From an uncultured Trueperaceae bacterium (GTDB taxonomy: Bacteria; Deinococcota; Deinococci; Deinococcales; Trueperaceae): 64,000 nucleotides of DNA. This document shows positions 31,805 to 41,514 of this stretch, one piece after another. The translations under genes and the position numbers were made by a program. Position 1 is the first letter of the stretch, and each line of letters starts with the position of its first letter. The notes under the pieces are model-generated. The model saw only the letters and a list, made by a program, of their open reading frames with translations. It did not search any database and was not told where the DNA came from. The DNA lies in contig CAVSGP010000009.1 in the NCBI GenBank assembly GCA_963727505.1, positions 288,001 through 352,000 of the forward strand, in the 5' to 3' direction.

Positions 31805-34583
31805 CGTGGGTGCCGGATAGGGCGGCCGCCAGCCCCTCGAGGTCACGGCGCAGCCGGCTCGAGAGCAGGGCCAGGTCGGAGCTCGAGCGAAGGCTGAGGA
31901 GCAGCGTGTGCTCGGTCGTGGGCCACGCCGCCAGCACGACGCCGCCCTCGTATTCGAGAGTGGCGAGGCGGGGTGTCGCCTGACCCAGGGCCTTCGCCCC
32001 GCGCTCTGCGGAGGTGCGCAGGCCGTCGAGCAAGGTCGATGCCGTGTCGGCATCGAACGGCAGGTCGCCGGCAAGGCGCTCGCCGTCCGCCGCGAACAGG
32101 GCGGCTCCGGTGACCTCGCCCTCGCTCCGGTAGGGCTCGAGCAGCGCGTCGACATCGCCGTCGGTGCCGCTTGCGCCTCCGGGCTCCGCGCCGGTCTCGG
32201 ACGGGGCGCCCTCACCGAACAGGCCAAGGACGTCGTCCAAGACGTTGGCGCTGACGAGCTGGTCGGCGATCACGCGCGTCGCTTCGTACTCCTCCCGGAG
32301 CTTCACAAGCAGCGCCTCGGCCTCGGACAGCGAGGCCTCGAGCTGAAGGCGAAGGCCGACCGAGACACGTTCCAAAGCGTCGCGCTGGGAGTCGAGATGC
32401 CGGAGGATGCGACGAACGGTGGCGACGTCGTCGCTATTGAGCTTCTCGACCGGCGTGAAGGCTTGCAGAGCTGCGTCGAGCCGCGGCACCACGTTACGCA
32501 GGCGCTCGTCGGCTTCGGCCTGCACACGCTCCAGGAGGGCCCAGGCCTGGGCCAGTCCGCGGGCCAGGTGGCCGTCGTCGATGCGCTGACGCGCTGTGCG
32601 CAGGCGCTCCTGGAGGGCGTCGAGGGTGGCGCCTTCCAGGCCGCCGAGCCGGGCGGCTTCGCTCTCCAGCCGGTGCAGCTCGCCGATCTGCTCGCTGCGT
32701 TCGGCTTCCCGCTCCTGATTGATGGCGGCCTTGAGCGCGTTCAGATCGGGGAAGTTGCCGTCCTCCAGGCCGTCCATCGCGGTGCGGATGCGTTCCAGCA
32801 GGGGAGGGCTGGAAAGCTCGCCGGCTTGCTCGGCGAGGGCTTCGAGGCGGCGCTGCAATGTCGCCGTCGCCTGCCCCTTGAGCGCCTCGACCATGGAGGC
32901 GGTGGCCTCGACCTGGGTGTCGTCGAGGGTCTCACTCTCGAGGTCCCCAAGTTGACGTTCGATCTCGGTCACCACGCTGCTGATGCGCGCGGCAACGGTG
33001 TCGAGCGCCGGCAGTGCCTGCACCTGCGCAAGCAGGTTGCGGAGCGTAGCGCGCTGGCGGTCGATCTGCTGATCGGCCAGCACGGCCATGGCGGACTCCA
33101 GCGAGGCCTCCGCCCGCCGCACGGTGTCGAGGATCTGCGGGTCGAGCACCTCCTGGGCGTGCGCATCTCGTAGGGCACCGACCTGGGCCTCGAGCTGCTG
33201 GTAGGCCTCGACGCTTGCGTGGCCCTCGTAGCGCAGCAGCGTCGATTCGAGCCGCTCGAGCATCGCCGACTGGTCGTGGAGCTGTGCAACGCGCTGCGCG
33301 CGCGTCTCGTCCTCGGTACGATCGAACGCCGCCACCTGGTCGAGCGCCAGCTGGTGGAGGTTTCGGATGTGGTGGATGTCGGCCTGGTTCGGCAGCGCGG
33401 TGCTGAGGATGCCGAGGCCCACGCGGAGCGCCTGCCGGAGTTCCGAGGTGTCGACCTCGGGCCGCAGCTTATCCAAGGAGGCATCGATCGTCTGGAGCTC
33501 GTCGCGGAGGGTCTCACGGTAGTCGTGGAACGCCTCCTCGAGGGTGCGTCGTAGCGCTGGCAGCGCTTCCGCGATGGAGGCGTCGCCGTCGAGCTGCGCG
33601 CGCACCTCGCCGACCGTGGAGCGTAACGTCGGTTGGAAGCCGAGCAGCTCGTCATACTCGGAGGCCAGGGCCTCGAGGTCGTGTCGTTCGTCCTCCAGGT
33701 CGAGCAGCAGCAGCTTGGCGCTCACTTCGGGATCGAGGTCGGCCGTGTCGATCGAGAGCAGGTCCTCCTCCTCGCCCTCGACGTCGAGGACTCCGCCCTC
33801 GCGGCGGTCGACGGGAGCCGGCTCCACCTCTTCGGCGTGCTCGGAGGTTGGTGCCTCCATCTCCTCGGAGTAGACGCTCGATTCCATCAGCTTGCGCAGG
33901 TCGCGCGCCAGCCTGCGGGCCCGTTCGACCTCGGCGGGGGCGAGCTGCCGGCCCTGCTGCGCCTCACCGATCTGGTTCACGAGGTTCTCCAGCCGGCGGA
34001 TCTTGGGTCCCCCCAGGGTGCGCACCTGCTCCAGAGCCTCGCTCAGCTCGCCGAGCTCGCGCGCCTGGATGACGAGATGATCCTCGAGCTTCTGCTCGAC
34101 AACGTGGAGCTGCGCCTCGGCGTCGTCGGCCAGCGAGGCCGCCTCTCGCTCGGATTCCTGTTCGGTCTCCAGGAGCTGGACCTGAGCGCGAAGCTTCTGC
34201 ACCTCCGGCCACTCGAAGTAGAGATTGAAGGGTTTGAGCGCGTCCTTGAGCTGTTTCAGGCGCTCGCGCTGGCGCGCCAACCCGACGTCGGGCGATGCGC
34301 CGGTGCCGGCTTGGTCCGACAAGCCCTGCAGACGGCCGAGGATATCCTCGATCTTCTGCTTGGCCTGCATGACCGGCATCGTTACCTGCAGTTGCCGGTA
34401 GACCTGCGCCTTGAGGATCTTCTCGACCGCTCCCAGATCGACCGTGTCGGGCGAACGCCCGAGCTGACGCATCCCCTCTTGCAGGGAGCGGGACACGACC
34501 CGTGGCGACAGGATCGTTTCCAGCTCCTCGACGGTCGATTGGTACACCTGGTTGCTCATGTGGTCGTTCGCTCGGTCGAGCAT
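31785..34583 (-). CDS. Large coiled-coil protein with C-terminal Roadblock/LC7-like domain
   Basis: Long E/L/Q/R/A heptad-rich body; C-terminus EGEVTGAALFAADGERLAG...LATLEYEGGVVL...LLLSLRSSSDLALL fits the Roadblock pattern; GAGGAGG before ATG 34583 (alternative start 34559). Confidence 0.72.
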   Translation of the reverse strand: MLDRANDHMSNQVYQSTVEELETILSPRVVSRSLQEGMRQLGRSPDTVDLGAVEKILKAQVYRQLQVTMPVMQAKQKIEDILGRLQGLSDQAGTGASPDVGLARQRERLKQLKDALKPFNLYFEWPEVQKLRAQVQLLETEQESEREAASLADDAEAQLHVVEQKLEDHLVIQARELGELSEALEQVRTLGGPKIRRLENLVNQIGEAQQGRQLAPAEVERARRLARDLRKLMESSVYSEEMEAPTSEHAEEVEPAPVDRREGGVLDVEGEEEDLLSIDTADLDPEVSAKLLLLDLEDERHDLEALASEYDELLGFQPTLRSTVGEVRAQLDGDASIAEALPALRRTLEEAFHDYRETLRDELQTIDASLDKLRPEVDTSELRQALRVGLGILSTALPNQADIHHIRNLHQLALDQVAAFDRTEDETRAQRVAQLHDQSAMLERLESTLLRYEGHASVEAYQQLEAQVGALRDAHAQEVLDPQILDTVRRAEASLESAMAVLADQQIDRQRATLRNLLAQVQALPALDTVAARISSVVTEIERQLGDLESETLDDTQVEATASMVEALKGQATATLQRRLEALAEQAGELSSPPLLERIRTAMDGLEDGNFPDLNALKAAINQEREAERSEQIGELHRLESEAARLGGLEGATLDALQERLRTARQRIDDGHLARGLAQAWALLERVQAEADERLRNVVPRLDAALQAFTPVEKLNSDDVATVRRILRHLDSQRDALERVSVGLRLQLEASLSEAEALLVKLREEYEATRVIADQLVSANVLDDVLGLFGEGAPSETGAEPGGASGTDGDVDALLEPYRSEGEVTGAALFAADGERLAGDLPFDADTASTLLDGLRTSAERGAKALGQATPRLATLEYEGGVVLAAWPTTEHTLLLSLRSSSDLALLSSRLRRDLEGLAAALSGTHGGPAHA

Positions 34584-34632
34584 CCCGCCTCCTCGGGGGA
34601 GCGGGTGCTCGCCGACGCGGCCTCCCCCCGGC

Positions 34633-36507
34633 TCAGAACTCCTCATCCCAGTCGACCATCGAGTCCGCCCGCTCCTGGGTGTTGGTGGCGGTCGTCGTGG
34701 CAGTCTGGGTGGCCCCCGCGCCGCGACGGCCGCGTCCGCGTCCGAGCAAGCCGAACTGCACACAGATCCCGTACAGGCCCAGGATAGCGAAGACGATGGC
34801 GAGCACGATGAGTCCCGCCCAGACGACCTGACCGATGCTGCTCTGGAACATCGAGTAGTTCGACAGCACCTCGAAGGCGTCGTTGTTCGTCCATGTCGCG
34901 ATCATGCTTCCGAGCGCCGCCAGCGCCTCGTACACCACCGGCAGCAGCAGCAGGAACAACGCGACGCCGATGAGTTGCCAGTTGCGGTTCCCGCCCCCGA
35001 AGGCGAGGTTGAGAAGGTAGAGCGGCACGAACACGAGGATGCCGAAGACGAGCAGGACCAGCAGTCGCGGCCAGCCCGCCCACCAGCTCGACACGGCGCG
35101 GTTGAGCGCCAGGTTGGACGGCGCGGGGGCGCCGCTCACCACGCGGGCTACGGCGTCGGTCTGGGCGGTGAGGTTGTTCAAGTCGCGCAACCGCAAGCCC
35201 ACGAGGCCGGCCGTGCGCTGGACCATCGTGCGCATGTCGGCGTCCACATGGGGAGCCTTCGCTGCCACCAGCGGCGAGAGCAGCTCGCCGTACTGTTTCG
35301 AGAGCGCCCGGACGCGGTCGCGGGCGCCACCGACATCGCCGGCCATCAGCGCGGCGCTGGCCTGGGCCGTGATGGCGTACAGCGATTGGGTGGCACCCTG
35401 GAGGGTGTCGATGTTGGCGCTCTGGAGCGTCTCGGCCAGGTGTTGGCCGGCGGGACCGGGGAGTCCGGCCGCCTGCACCTGACGGGCGAGTGCGTCGAGC
35501 TTCTGCTGCTTCTGTTCGGCCACGATCTGGGCGCGTGAAGCGGCCTGGTCCGCGGACGCGGCCGGCGCGGCGGCTGCCGGCGTACCGGCGGGCGCGGCGG
35601 CGGAGGAAGCGGCGCTCGCCGGCGGCGTCCCGCCGCTGGGGGCGTTCGCGCCGGGCGTACTCACGGAGGGGAGCTCGGAGGGCCCAGCGGCGGTGTTGCT
35701 CGGGGCCGCGGTACCGGTGGTGCTGGCGCTAGCCAATGCCTGCTGGTCAGCCTGGGCCAGGCGCCCGGCACTGGACGAGATCGCCTGGGCCGCCTGCTGG
35801 AAGGTGGTGTCGTCCTTGGCGACGATCGCCTTGGCGGCATCGATGAAGTGCTGGTTGAAGCCGGCCTGCAGGCGCGGCGAGTCCTGCACCAGCAGGGAGG
35901 TGCCGTACGCGTCGGCGAGCGATTGATAGGCGACCGAGCGATCGGTGGGGAGAAGACGCTCGGCGACCGAGACCTCCTCGGAGAGGGTCCGGGCGACCGC
36001 TTCCTCGGTCCGGAGACGCAAGGCTGCCACGGTGTCCGCGGAGCGGATGGCATCCACCGATACCGGATCGAACTTCATGTCGGTGCCGATGCGTTGCAGG
36101 CGCGCCTTAGCGGTAGCCATGTCGCCGGCGACAGCGGCCTTGAAGGCTGCGTCATACACCAGGCGACGGAAGCCGCCCGCCAGGACCGCGGTCTGGACGG
36201 CGATGTCGGTCCTACTCTGATTCTGCACGGCGGTGCGGGCGCGCCCGAAGAGGTTCTCCATGGCCTTGACCAGGGTGGCGCTGGTGGTGTCGCGTGACAG
36301 CGTCATGAGCGCGTTGACTGCGTGGTCGAGCTGAGTACGTGCCTTGGCGCTGTCGTCGGGCACCGCTGCGACGGCCTGGTTCAGGTTCTCGATCGCCAGG
36401 TCGTAGCGTTGCAGATACGTGTCGGCCTGTTGCGCCCAAACGGTGGCGCACAGGCCGAGCGCGAGCGTCAGGACGCCCGCCACGAAGGTACGTTTGCCCC
36501 TGTTCAT
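34633..36507 (-). CDS. Hypothetical membrane protein: signal peptide, helical extracytoplasmic region, about 3 C-terminal TM helices
   Basis: MNRGKR...VWAQ signal; A/P/S linker; hydrophobic C-terminal segments; acidic tail VDWDEEF; RBS ggaggag. Confidence 0.75.
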   Translation of the reverse strand: MNRGKRTFVAGVLTLALGLCATVWAQQADTYLQRYDLAIENLNQAVAAVPDDSAKARTQLDHAVNALMTLSRDTTSATLVKAMENLFGRARTAVQNQSRTDIAVQTAVLAGGFRRLVYDAAFKAAVAGDMATAKARLQRIGTDMKFDPVSVDAIRSADTVAALRLRTEEAVARTLSEEVSVAERLLPTDRSVAYQSLADAYGTSLLVQDSPRLQAGFNQHFIDAAKAIVAKDDTTFQQAAQAISSSAGRLAQADQQALASASTTGTAAPSNTAAGPSELPSVSTPGANAPSGGTPPASAASSAAAPAGTPAAAAPAASADQAASRAQIVAEQKQQKLDALARQVQAAGLPGPAGQHLAETLQSANIDTLQGATQSLYAITAQASAALMAGDVGGARDRVRALSKQYGELLSPLVAAKAPHVDADMRTMVQRTAGLVGLRLRDLNNLTAQTDAVARVVSGAPAPSNLALNRAVSSWWAGWPRLLVLLVFGILVFVPLYLLNLAFGGGNRNWQLIGVALFLLLLPVVYEALAALGSMIATWTNNDAFEVLSNYSMFQSSIGQVVWAGLIVLAIVFAILGLYGICVQFGLLGRGRGRRGAGATQTATTTATNTQERADSMVDWDEEF

Positions 36508-37388
36508 GGTCCCTCCTCCAGCGCGGCCCGCGCTGCGAATACCGCACCCATATTGACGTTGGCCCGGGTGAGCACCGCGATGGCGTCACGTCCGAGCGGG
36601 AAGATGAAGAGCAAGCCGGCCTCGTGCTCCAGCACGAGGGATCTCAACGGTCCGAAGCGGCCGAGGAGCCGCACGGCGGATTGGGCGAGCGGGGCCAGGG
36701 CGTCCGCGTCGACGGTTGTGCCGCGCACCTGCGGCTCACCGGTGGCCCGCAGGGCGATCACCTGCAGTACGCCTTCGACCTCGGCGAAGTGGACGCTGAA
36801 TGCGTCCAGTGCCTCGGCCCCGAGCGGATGAGGCACCACCGTCGGGTGCGAGCGGTCGCGCCCGCGCCGGCGCCCGCGCGCCGGGGCGGGCGCCGCGGCG
36901 TCGCCGGCGTCGGCGGTCGCGACCGCCAGCGCCTCCTCACGCGCGCGCCAGGATGGGTCGCCTCGACGGTGCGCGGCCGCGGGCGGCGAGCGCGTCGCGG
37001 CCGCGGTTTCGGAGGGTGGTTCGTCGGACATCGGCGGCGCCGCGTCCGGAAGGTAGACCGAGGACCGGGTGACCGGGTTCAGCACCGTATGAGAGCGCTC
37101 TTGCAGCCCGGCCCTGGCGGGGGTGACGGGACCCCCAAACGAGCGCCCCTCGTCGGCCACCTGTCGGGCGAGGCGGCGCAAGGTACGGCGAAGGCCCGTG
37201 CGCGGCAGGATGCCCTCCAGCTCGCTCTGGATCGGTCCCAGCAACAGGTGGCGCATGGTGCGCTCGTCGAGCGCGTCGGCGTTCTCGTGGGAACGGCGCA
37301 AAGCAGCGTCGAGCACGCGCGTCGCAGCCCGCTCCGATACCAGCGTCGCGAGCGCGTCGCGCGTGCGAAAGTAGACCTCATTAGGCAC
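36504..37388 (-). CDS. Protein with helical N-domain, disordered linker and C-terminal Roadblock/LC7-like domain
   Basis: C-terminus FAEVEGVLQVIAL..TGE...LRSLVLEHEAGLLFIFPLGRDAIAVLTRANVNMGAVF; RBS GGAGG before GTG. Confidence 0.75.
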   Translation of the reverse strand: MPNEVYFRTRDALATLVSERAATRVLDAALRRSHENADALDERTMRHLLLGPIQSELEGILPRTGLRRTLRRLARQVADEGRSFGGPVTPARAGLQERSHTVLNPVTRSSVYLPDAAPPMSDEPPSETAAATRSPPAAAHRRGDPSWRAREEALAVATADAGDAAAPAPARGRRRGRDRSHPTVVPHPLGAEALDAFSVHFAEVEGVLQVIALRATGEPQVRGTTVDADALAPLAQSAVRLLGRFGPLRSLVLEHEAGLLFIFPLGRDAIAVLTRANVNMGAVFAARAALEEGP

Positions 37389-37621
37389 CGCGCGCCTCCG
37401 CAGCCAACGTGCTAGCGCCGATCGTCGACATGGTCGCTCATCCTACCTAGCCTTCCGGGGCCGTTCCGAGCGGATCGTCGGGGGCCCGGCAGTGGCTCAA
37501 GCATAGGCGCAACGTCCCCGCCGCCCCTGTGAAATATTCCGTTGGGATGGGCTTTCCCGCACAACATGTGCCGTCGCTGCGGGCGCTCCCCGGAGTGCTC
37601 CGAGGCCGCCCGCCGAGGCGC

Positions 37622-38080
37622 TCACAGCGTAGGGCCGGCGTCGGCGCGGCCGGGCACGAAGGAGGCCCCGGAACCGTTCACCTCGTACTTCCACACCGGC
37701 AGGCGCGCCTTCAGTCCCTCTACGATCTCGGCGCACGCCTGCAGCGCGGCGTGCCGGTGGGCAGAGGAGACCACCACCGCGAGGCTGATGTCGCCTGCGC
37801 TCAGGCGGCCCAACCGGTGCACGACCACCACCCTTCCGAGCGCGTGCCGCGAGCGCGCGTCGGCGGCCAGACGTTCCATCTCACCCACCATCATGGGGGC
37901 GTAGCCCTCGTAATCGATGTGCTGCACGATCTCGCTGCGGTTGGGTGAGCGCACGCTTCCAAGGAAGGAGGCCACGGCCCCATAGGCAGGGGCCGACGCT
38001 TCCTCGAGCAGGGTCCCGGGTTGGATGGGTTCGGATGCGACCAGGAGCAGGTCGGGAAGGCGTCCTTCGGGCTCGGTCAT
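37622..38080 (-). CDS. moaE: Molybdopterin synthase catalytic subunit
   Basis: GAVASFLGSVR, YEGYAPM, HRLGRL, SSAHR, LKARLPVWKYE. Confidence 0.93.
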   Translation of the reverse strand: MTEPEGRLPDLLLVASEPIQPGTLLEEASAPAYGAVASFLGSVRSPNRSEIVQHIDYEGYAPMMVGEMERLAADARSRHALGRVVVVHRLGRLSAGDISLAVVVSSAHRHAALQACAEIVEGLKARLPVWKYEVNGSGASFVPGRADAGPTL

Positions 38081-38322
38081 CCGCCCGAGACGGGGGGGAG
38101 GAACGCCACCACGTCGCCGTCGACGAGCGTGGTGGCGGGGTCGGCGTAGTGCTCGTTGACGGCGCACATGACGCCCCGCAGGCGCTCGCTTCCGAGGACA
38201 CGCTCGACCTGATCGGCGGCGCTGCGTACGGTGGAGCCGACGGGCAGATCGAGCTCGAGCCGGGGGCGCTGGGCGGCCACCCGCAGGTCGGCGAACAACA
38301 GCACGGTGACCGTCACGCTCAC
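38077..38322 (-). CDS. moaD: Molybdopterin synthase sulfur carrier
   Basis: VLLFADLR, AVNEHY, DGDVVAFLPPVSGG C-terminal di-Gly. Confidence 0.94.
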   Translation of the reverse strand: MSVTVTVLLFADLRVAAQRPRLELDLPVGSTVRSAADQVERVLGSERLRGVMCAVNEHYADPATTLVDGDVVAFLPPVSGG

Positions 38323-39278
38323 GCCCCCTGCAGGCCCAGCGACAGCGCCTCGCTGACGCCGCGTGCCACCATCATCGCGGCGGGGTAGCGCATGCGGGCG
38401 GGCCCGAGCACGGTCAACGAGCCGACGCCGACGCCGATCTCGAAGCCAGAGGTGACGCGGGCGACGGCGTCGTCGAGGTCGAGCCCGACCGGTAGCCCCT
38501 CAGGGTTCCAACCGGCGGTCGATGGGTCGGCGCGCTCGACCTGTTCCACCACCAGACGGATGAATTCGGGGTCGCTCGACTCCGGTTCGGCGAGGAGGTG
38601 ACGCAGCCCTTCGCTGAACATGCGCGGTGGGTTCAGGCGCGGCCAGGCGCGGGCGATCGCCTGGAGCGTGCGCGCCAGCTCCTCGTCGGCGTGCGTAGCG
38701 ATGGTGTCGAGCGCGCGTTGCACCTCGCCCAACGGCAGGGTGAGCTGTCGCAGGTTGCGCTCGGCGTCGTCGAGCACGCGGTTGGCGGGAGGCGGTGCGA
38801 GATCGACGCTGAGCTGGCGGACGATGCCGTTCTCCAGAACGACCACGGCCAGCAACCGTTCGGCCGACAGCATGCTGAGGTGGATCTCCAGGATGTGGAG
38901 CGCGTCGTCGGCCGGCAGGCGCACCACCACCGCGTATCCGGAGAGCTCGGCGGCCGTGCGCGCGACGAGCGCGAAGAGCCCGTCGCCGTTGGTGGCCTGG
39001 AGCTGACGCAAGAGCTGCGAACGTTGTTGTTCGGGGAGCTGGCGGGGCGGCAGGCAGCCCAGGGCGTAGGACCGGAAGCCACGCGACGTCGGGATGCGCC
39101 CGGCCGAGGTGTGGGGCTGTTGCAGATAGCCCTGCTCCTCGAGCGCGGCGAACTCGTTGCGAACGGTCGCGCTGCTCAGCTCCAGCCGCTCGGCGATGCG
39201 GGCCGAAGCGACGGGATGCGCCGTCCGTATGTAGGACTCCGCGACCATGCGAAGGATGCGGGCGCGGCGATCGTTCAT
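38319..39278 (-). CDS. hrcA: Heat-inducible transcription repressor HrcA
   Basis: YIRTAHPVAS, SSATVRNE, LQQPHTSAGRIPT, VLGPARMRY. Confidence 0.93.
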   Translation of the reverse strand: MNDRRARILRMVAESYIRTAHPVASARIAERLELSSATVRNEFAALEEQGYLQQPHTSAGRIPTSRGFRSYALGCLPPRQLPEQQRSQLLRQLQATNGDGLFALVARTAAELSGYAVVVRLPADDALHILEIHLSMLSAERLLAVVVLENGIVRQLSVDLAPPPANRVLDDAERNLRQLTLPLGEVQRALDTIATHADEELARTLQAIARAWPRLNPPRMFSEGLRHLLAEPESSDPEFIRLVVEQVERADPSTAGWNPEGLPVGLDLDDAVARVTSGFEIGVGVGSLTVLGPARMRYPAAMMVARGVSEALSLGLQGA

Positions 39279-39344
39279 GGCGTCATGCTAGCACGACGAG
39301 CCCCGTTCGATGTCGTGGCTACCGCGACAGGGACGGCATTCCAG

Positions 39345-39842
39345 CTAGCTCGCAGGGCGGGCGGCGGGCAGGGCGTCCGGATCCAACCCGCCCAACGTCA
39401 CCACGTGGCGATAGTGGGCTTCGTCTACCGGCATCACGCTCAGGCGGTTACCGCGGCGCACCAGCGCCAGGCCCTCGACCGCCGGGTCCTCCTTCAAGCG
39501 GATCAGGGGGACCGCCTCCGGGAGGCGTCGCATCGGTTCGAGGTCGACCAGCACCCAGCGGGGGGCTTCCTCGCTGGCTTTCGGGTCATAGTGCGGGTCG
39601 TCCTCGTCGAACTGTGTCGGGTCCGGGTAGGCCCCGGAGGCCACACGGGCGACCCCCACCACCGCCGGCTCCGCGACGTTGGAGTGGTAGAAGAGGACGG
39701 CGTCGCCCACCTGCATCTCGTCGCGCATATAGTTGCGGGCCTGGTAGTTGCGCACGCCGTCCCACATGGTCCGGCCGTCGCGCTCCAGGTCATCGTAGCT
39801 GTAGGCGTTGGGTTCGCTCTTGACCAACCAGGCTCGGCTCAT
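39345..39842 (-). CDS. EVE domain protein
   Basis: WLVKSEP, WDGVRNYQARNYMRD, FYHS, YPDPTQFD, RLSVMPV; TACGAT 7 nt upstream of ATG 39842. Confidence 0.93.
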   Translation of the reverse strand: MSRAWLVKSEPNAYSYDDLERDGRTMWDGVRNYQARNYMRDEMQVGDAVLFYHSNVAEPAVVGVARVASGAYPDPTQFDEDDPHYDPKASEEAPRWVLVDLEPMRRLPEAVPLIRLKEDPAVEGLALVRRGNRLSVMPVDEAHYRHVVTLGGLDPDALPAARPAS

Positions 39843-39957
39843 GCGGGCCATCGTAGCAGCGGCCCCGAGACGGCGTTCGTCGCCGGCGGTCGGCGTTCCG
39901 GACGCCGCGACGCCTACGTCGCTCGGAGCGCCGAGTGATCCAGGCCTTCGGCCTGGA

Positions 39958-41490
39958 TCACTCCCACTCGATCGTGCCCGGCGGTTTCGACGTGATGTCG
40001 AAGACGACCCGGTTGACCTCGGCCACGCTGTTGACGATGCGGTTGGACACGGTCGCCAGGAAGTCGTGAGGCAGGCGCGTCCAATCGGCCGTCATGCCGT
40101 CGACGCTGCTCACGGCGCGCAGCGCCACGGTATGGGCGTAGGTGCGGCCGTCCCCCATGACCCCCACCGAGCGGATCGGCGTGAGCACCGCCAGCGCCTG
40201 CCACGTCTCGTGGTAGAGACCGAACTCGCGCAGGCTGCTGATGAAGATGTCGTCGACGCGGCGGAGGACGGCGAGCCGCTCGGGGGTGACCTCGCCGATG
40301 ATCCGGATGGCGAGCCCGGGGCCTGGGAACGGGTGGCGGTCGCGCAGGTGCTTGGGCAGGCCCAGCGTCTCTGCGATCTCCCGCACCTCGTCCTTGAACA
40401 GCGTCCTGAATGGCTCGATGAGCTCGAAGTCGAGGTCTTCCGGGAGCCCGCCCACGTTGTGGTGCGACTTGATGTTGGCGGCTCCGAAGCCGCCGGCCGA
40501 CTCGACCACGTCCGGGTAGAGCGTGCCCTGGGCCAGGTAACGGATGGGCCCCTCGTGCTCCTGGACGGCCCGCGCCTGACGTGCGAACACCTCGATGAAC
40601 TCGCGCCCGATGATCTTGCGTTTCGCTTCGGGGTCGCTCACGCCCGCCAGGGCGTTCAGGAAGCGCTCCGAGGCGTCCACCACGCGCAGATCCACACCCA
40701 GCTCCCTGAGCGCCCGCTCGACCTCCTCGGCTTCACCGAGCCGCAACAGACCGTGGTCGACGAACACGGCCACCAGTCGATCGCCGAGCGCACGGTGGAG
40801 CAGCAGGCCCAGCGTGCTGGAGTCGACCCCGCCCGAGATCCCTAGGAGGACGCGGGCGTCCCCCACGCGCTCGCGCACGTCGGCCGTCATCTGCTGCACG
40901 ATGTTCTCGGGCGTCCAGTCACGCCGGATGCCGGTGGCGTGCACGAAGCGCTCGAGCACCGCCATGCCCTTGGGCGTGTGGCGAACCTCGGGGTGGAACT
41001 GCAGGGCATACAGGCGCCGTTCGGGCGCCTCCATGGCGGCAACGGGTGTGTCCTCGGTGGACGCGCACACCGTGAACCCGTCGGGAGGCGCCGCCACCGA
41101 GTCGCCGTGGCTCATCCATGCAACGAACTCGCCCTCCACACCATCGAACAGGTCTCCGCCGTAGCGCGTGAGGGCTGCCTTGCCGTACTCCCGCACCGGA
41201 CTCGCCAGGACGCGGCCACCGAGTTCCCGCGCGATGAGCTGCATGCCGTAACAGATCGCAAGGGTCGGCAGGCCCGCCTCGAGCAGCCCGTCGGGCAGCC
41301 CGGGTGCTCCCGGCTCGGTGACGCTCTGGGGCCCGCCCGAAAGGATGACGCCGGAAGGGTCGAAGCCCCGGATCGTCGCGAGGTCGGCGGTATGCGGAAC
41401 GATGACCGAGAACACGTTGAGTTCGCGTAGCCGGCGCGTGATGAGCCGGGTGTACTGCGAGCCATAATCCACGACGACGATGCTGGGCAT
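39958..41490 (-). CDS. guaA: GMP synthase (glutamine-hydrolysing)
   Basis: [62 protein letters not shown]. Confidence 0.98.
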   Translation of the reverse strand: MPSIVVVDYGSQYTRLITRRLRELNVFSVIVPHTADLATIRGFDPSGVILSGGPQSVTEPGAPGLPDGLLEAGLPTLAICYGMQLIARELGGRVLASPVREYGKAALTRYGGDLFDGVEGEFVAWMSHGDSVAAPPDGFTVCASTEDTPVAAMEAPERRLYALQFHPEVRHTPKGMAVLERFVHATGIRRDWTPENIVQQMTADVRERVGDARVLLGISGGVDSSTLGLLLHRALGDRLVAVFVDHGLLRLGEAEEVERALRELGVDLRVVDASERFLNALAGVSDPEAKRKIIGREFIEVFARQARAVQEHEGPIRYLAQGTLYPDVVESAGGFGAANIKSHHNVGGLPEDLDFELIEPFRTLFKDEVREIAETLGLPKHLRDRHPFPGPGLAIRIIGEVTPERLAVLRRVDDIFISSLREFGLYHETWQALAVLTPIRSVGVMGDGRTYAHTVALRAVSSVDGMTADWTRLPHDFLATVSNRIVNSVAEVNRVVFDITSKPPGTIEWE

Positions 41491-41514
41491 GGGGCTATGG
41501 GGCTCCTTCGGCGC

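Noticed and set aside
35530..35730. Low-complexity GC-rich stretch as a DNA repeat
   Set aside because: Encodes an Ala/Pro/Ser linker; no regular nucleotide repeat unit
37381..37431. 16-aa uORF (MSTIGASTLAAEARGA) overlapping the Roadblock gene start
   Set aside because: No supporting features; the downstream GTG has its own GGAGG; likely chance
39286..39322. Imperfect inverted repeat TAGCACGAC...GTCGTGGCTA upstream of hrcA as a CIRCE element
   Set aside because: Arms and spacer do not fit TTAGCACTC-N9-GAGTGCTAA
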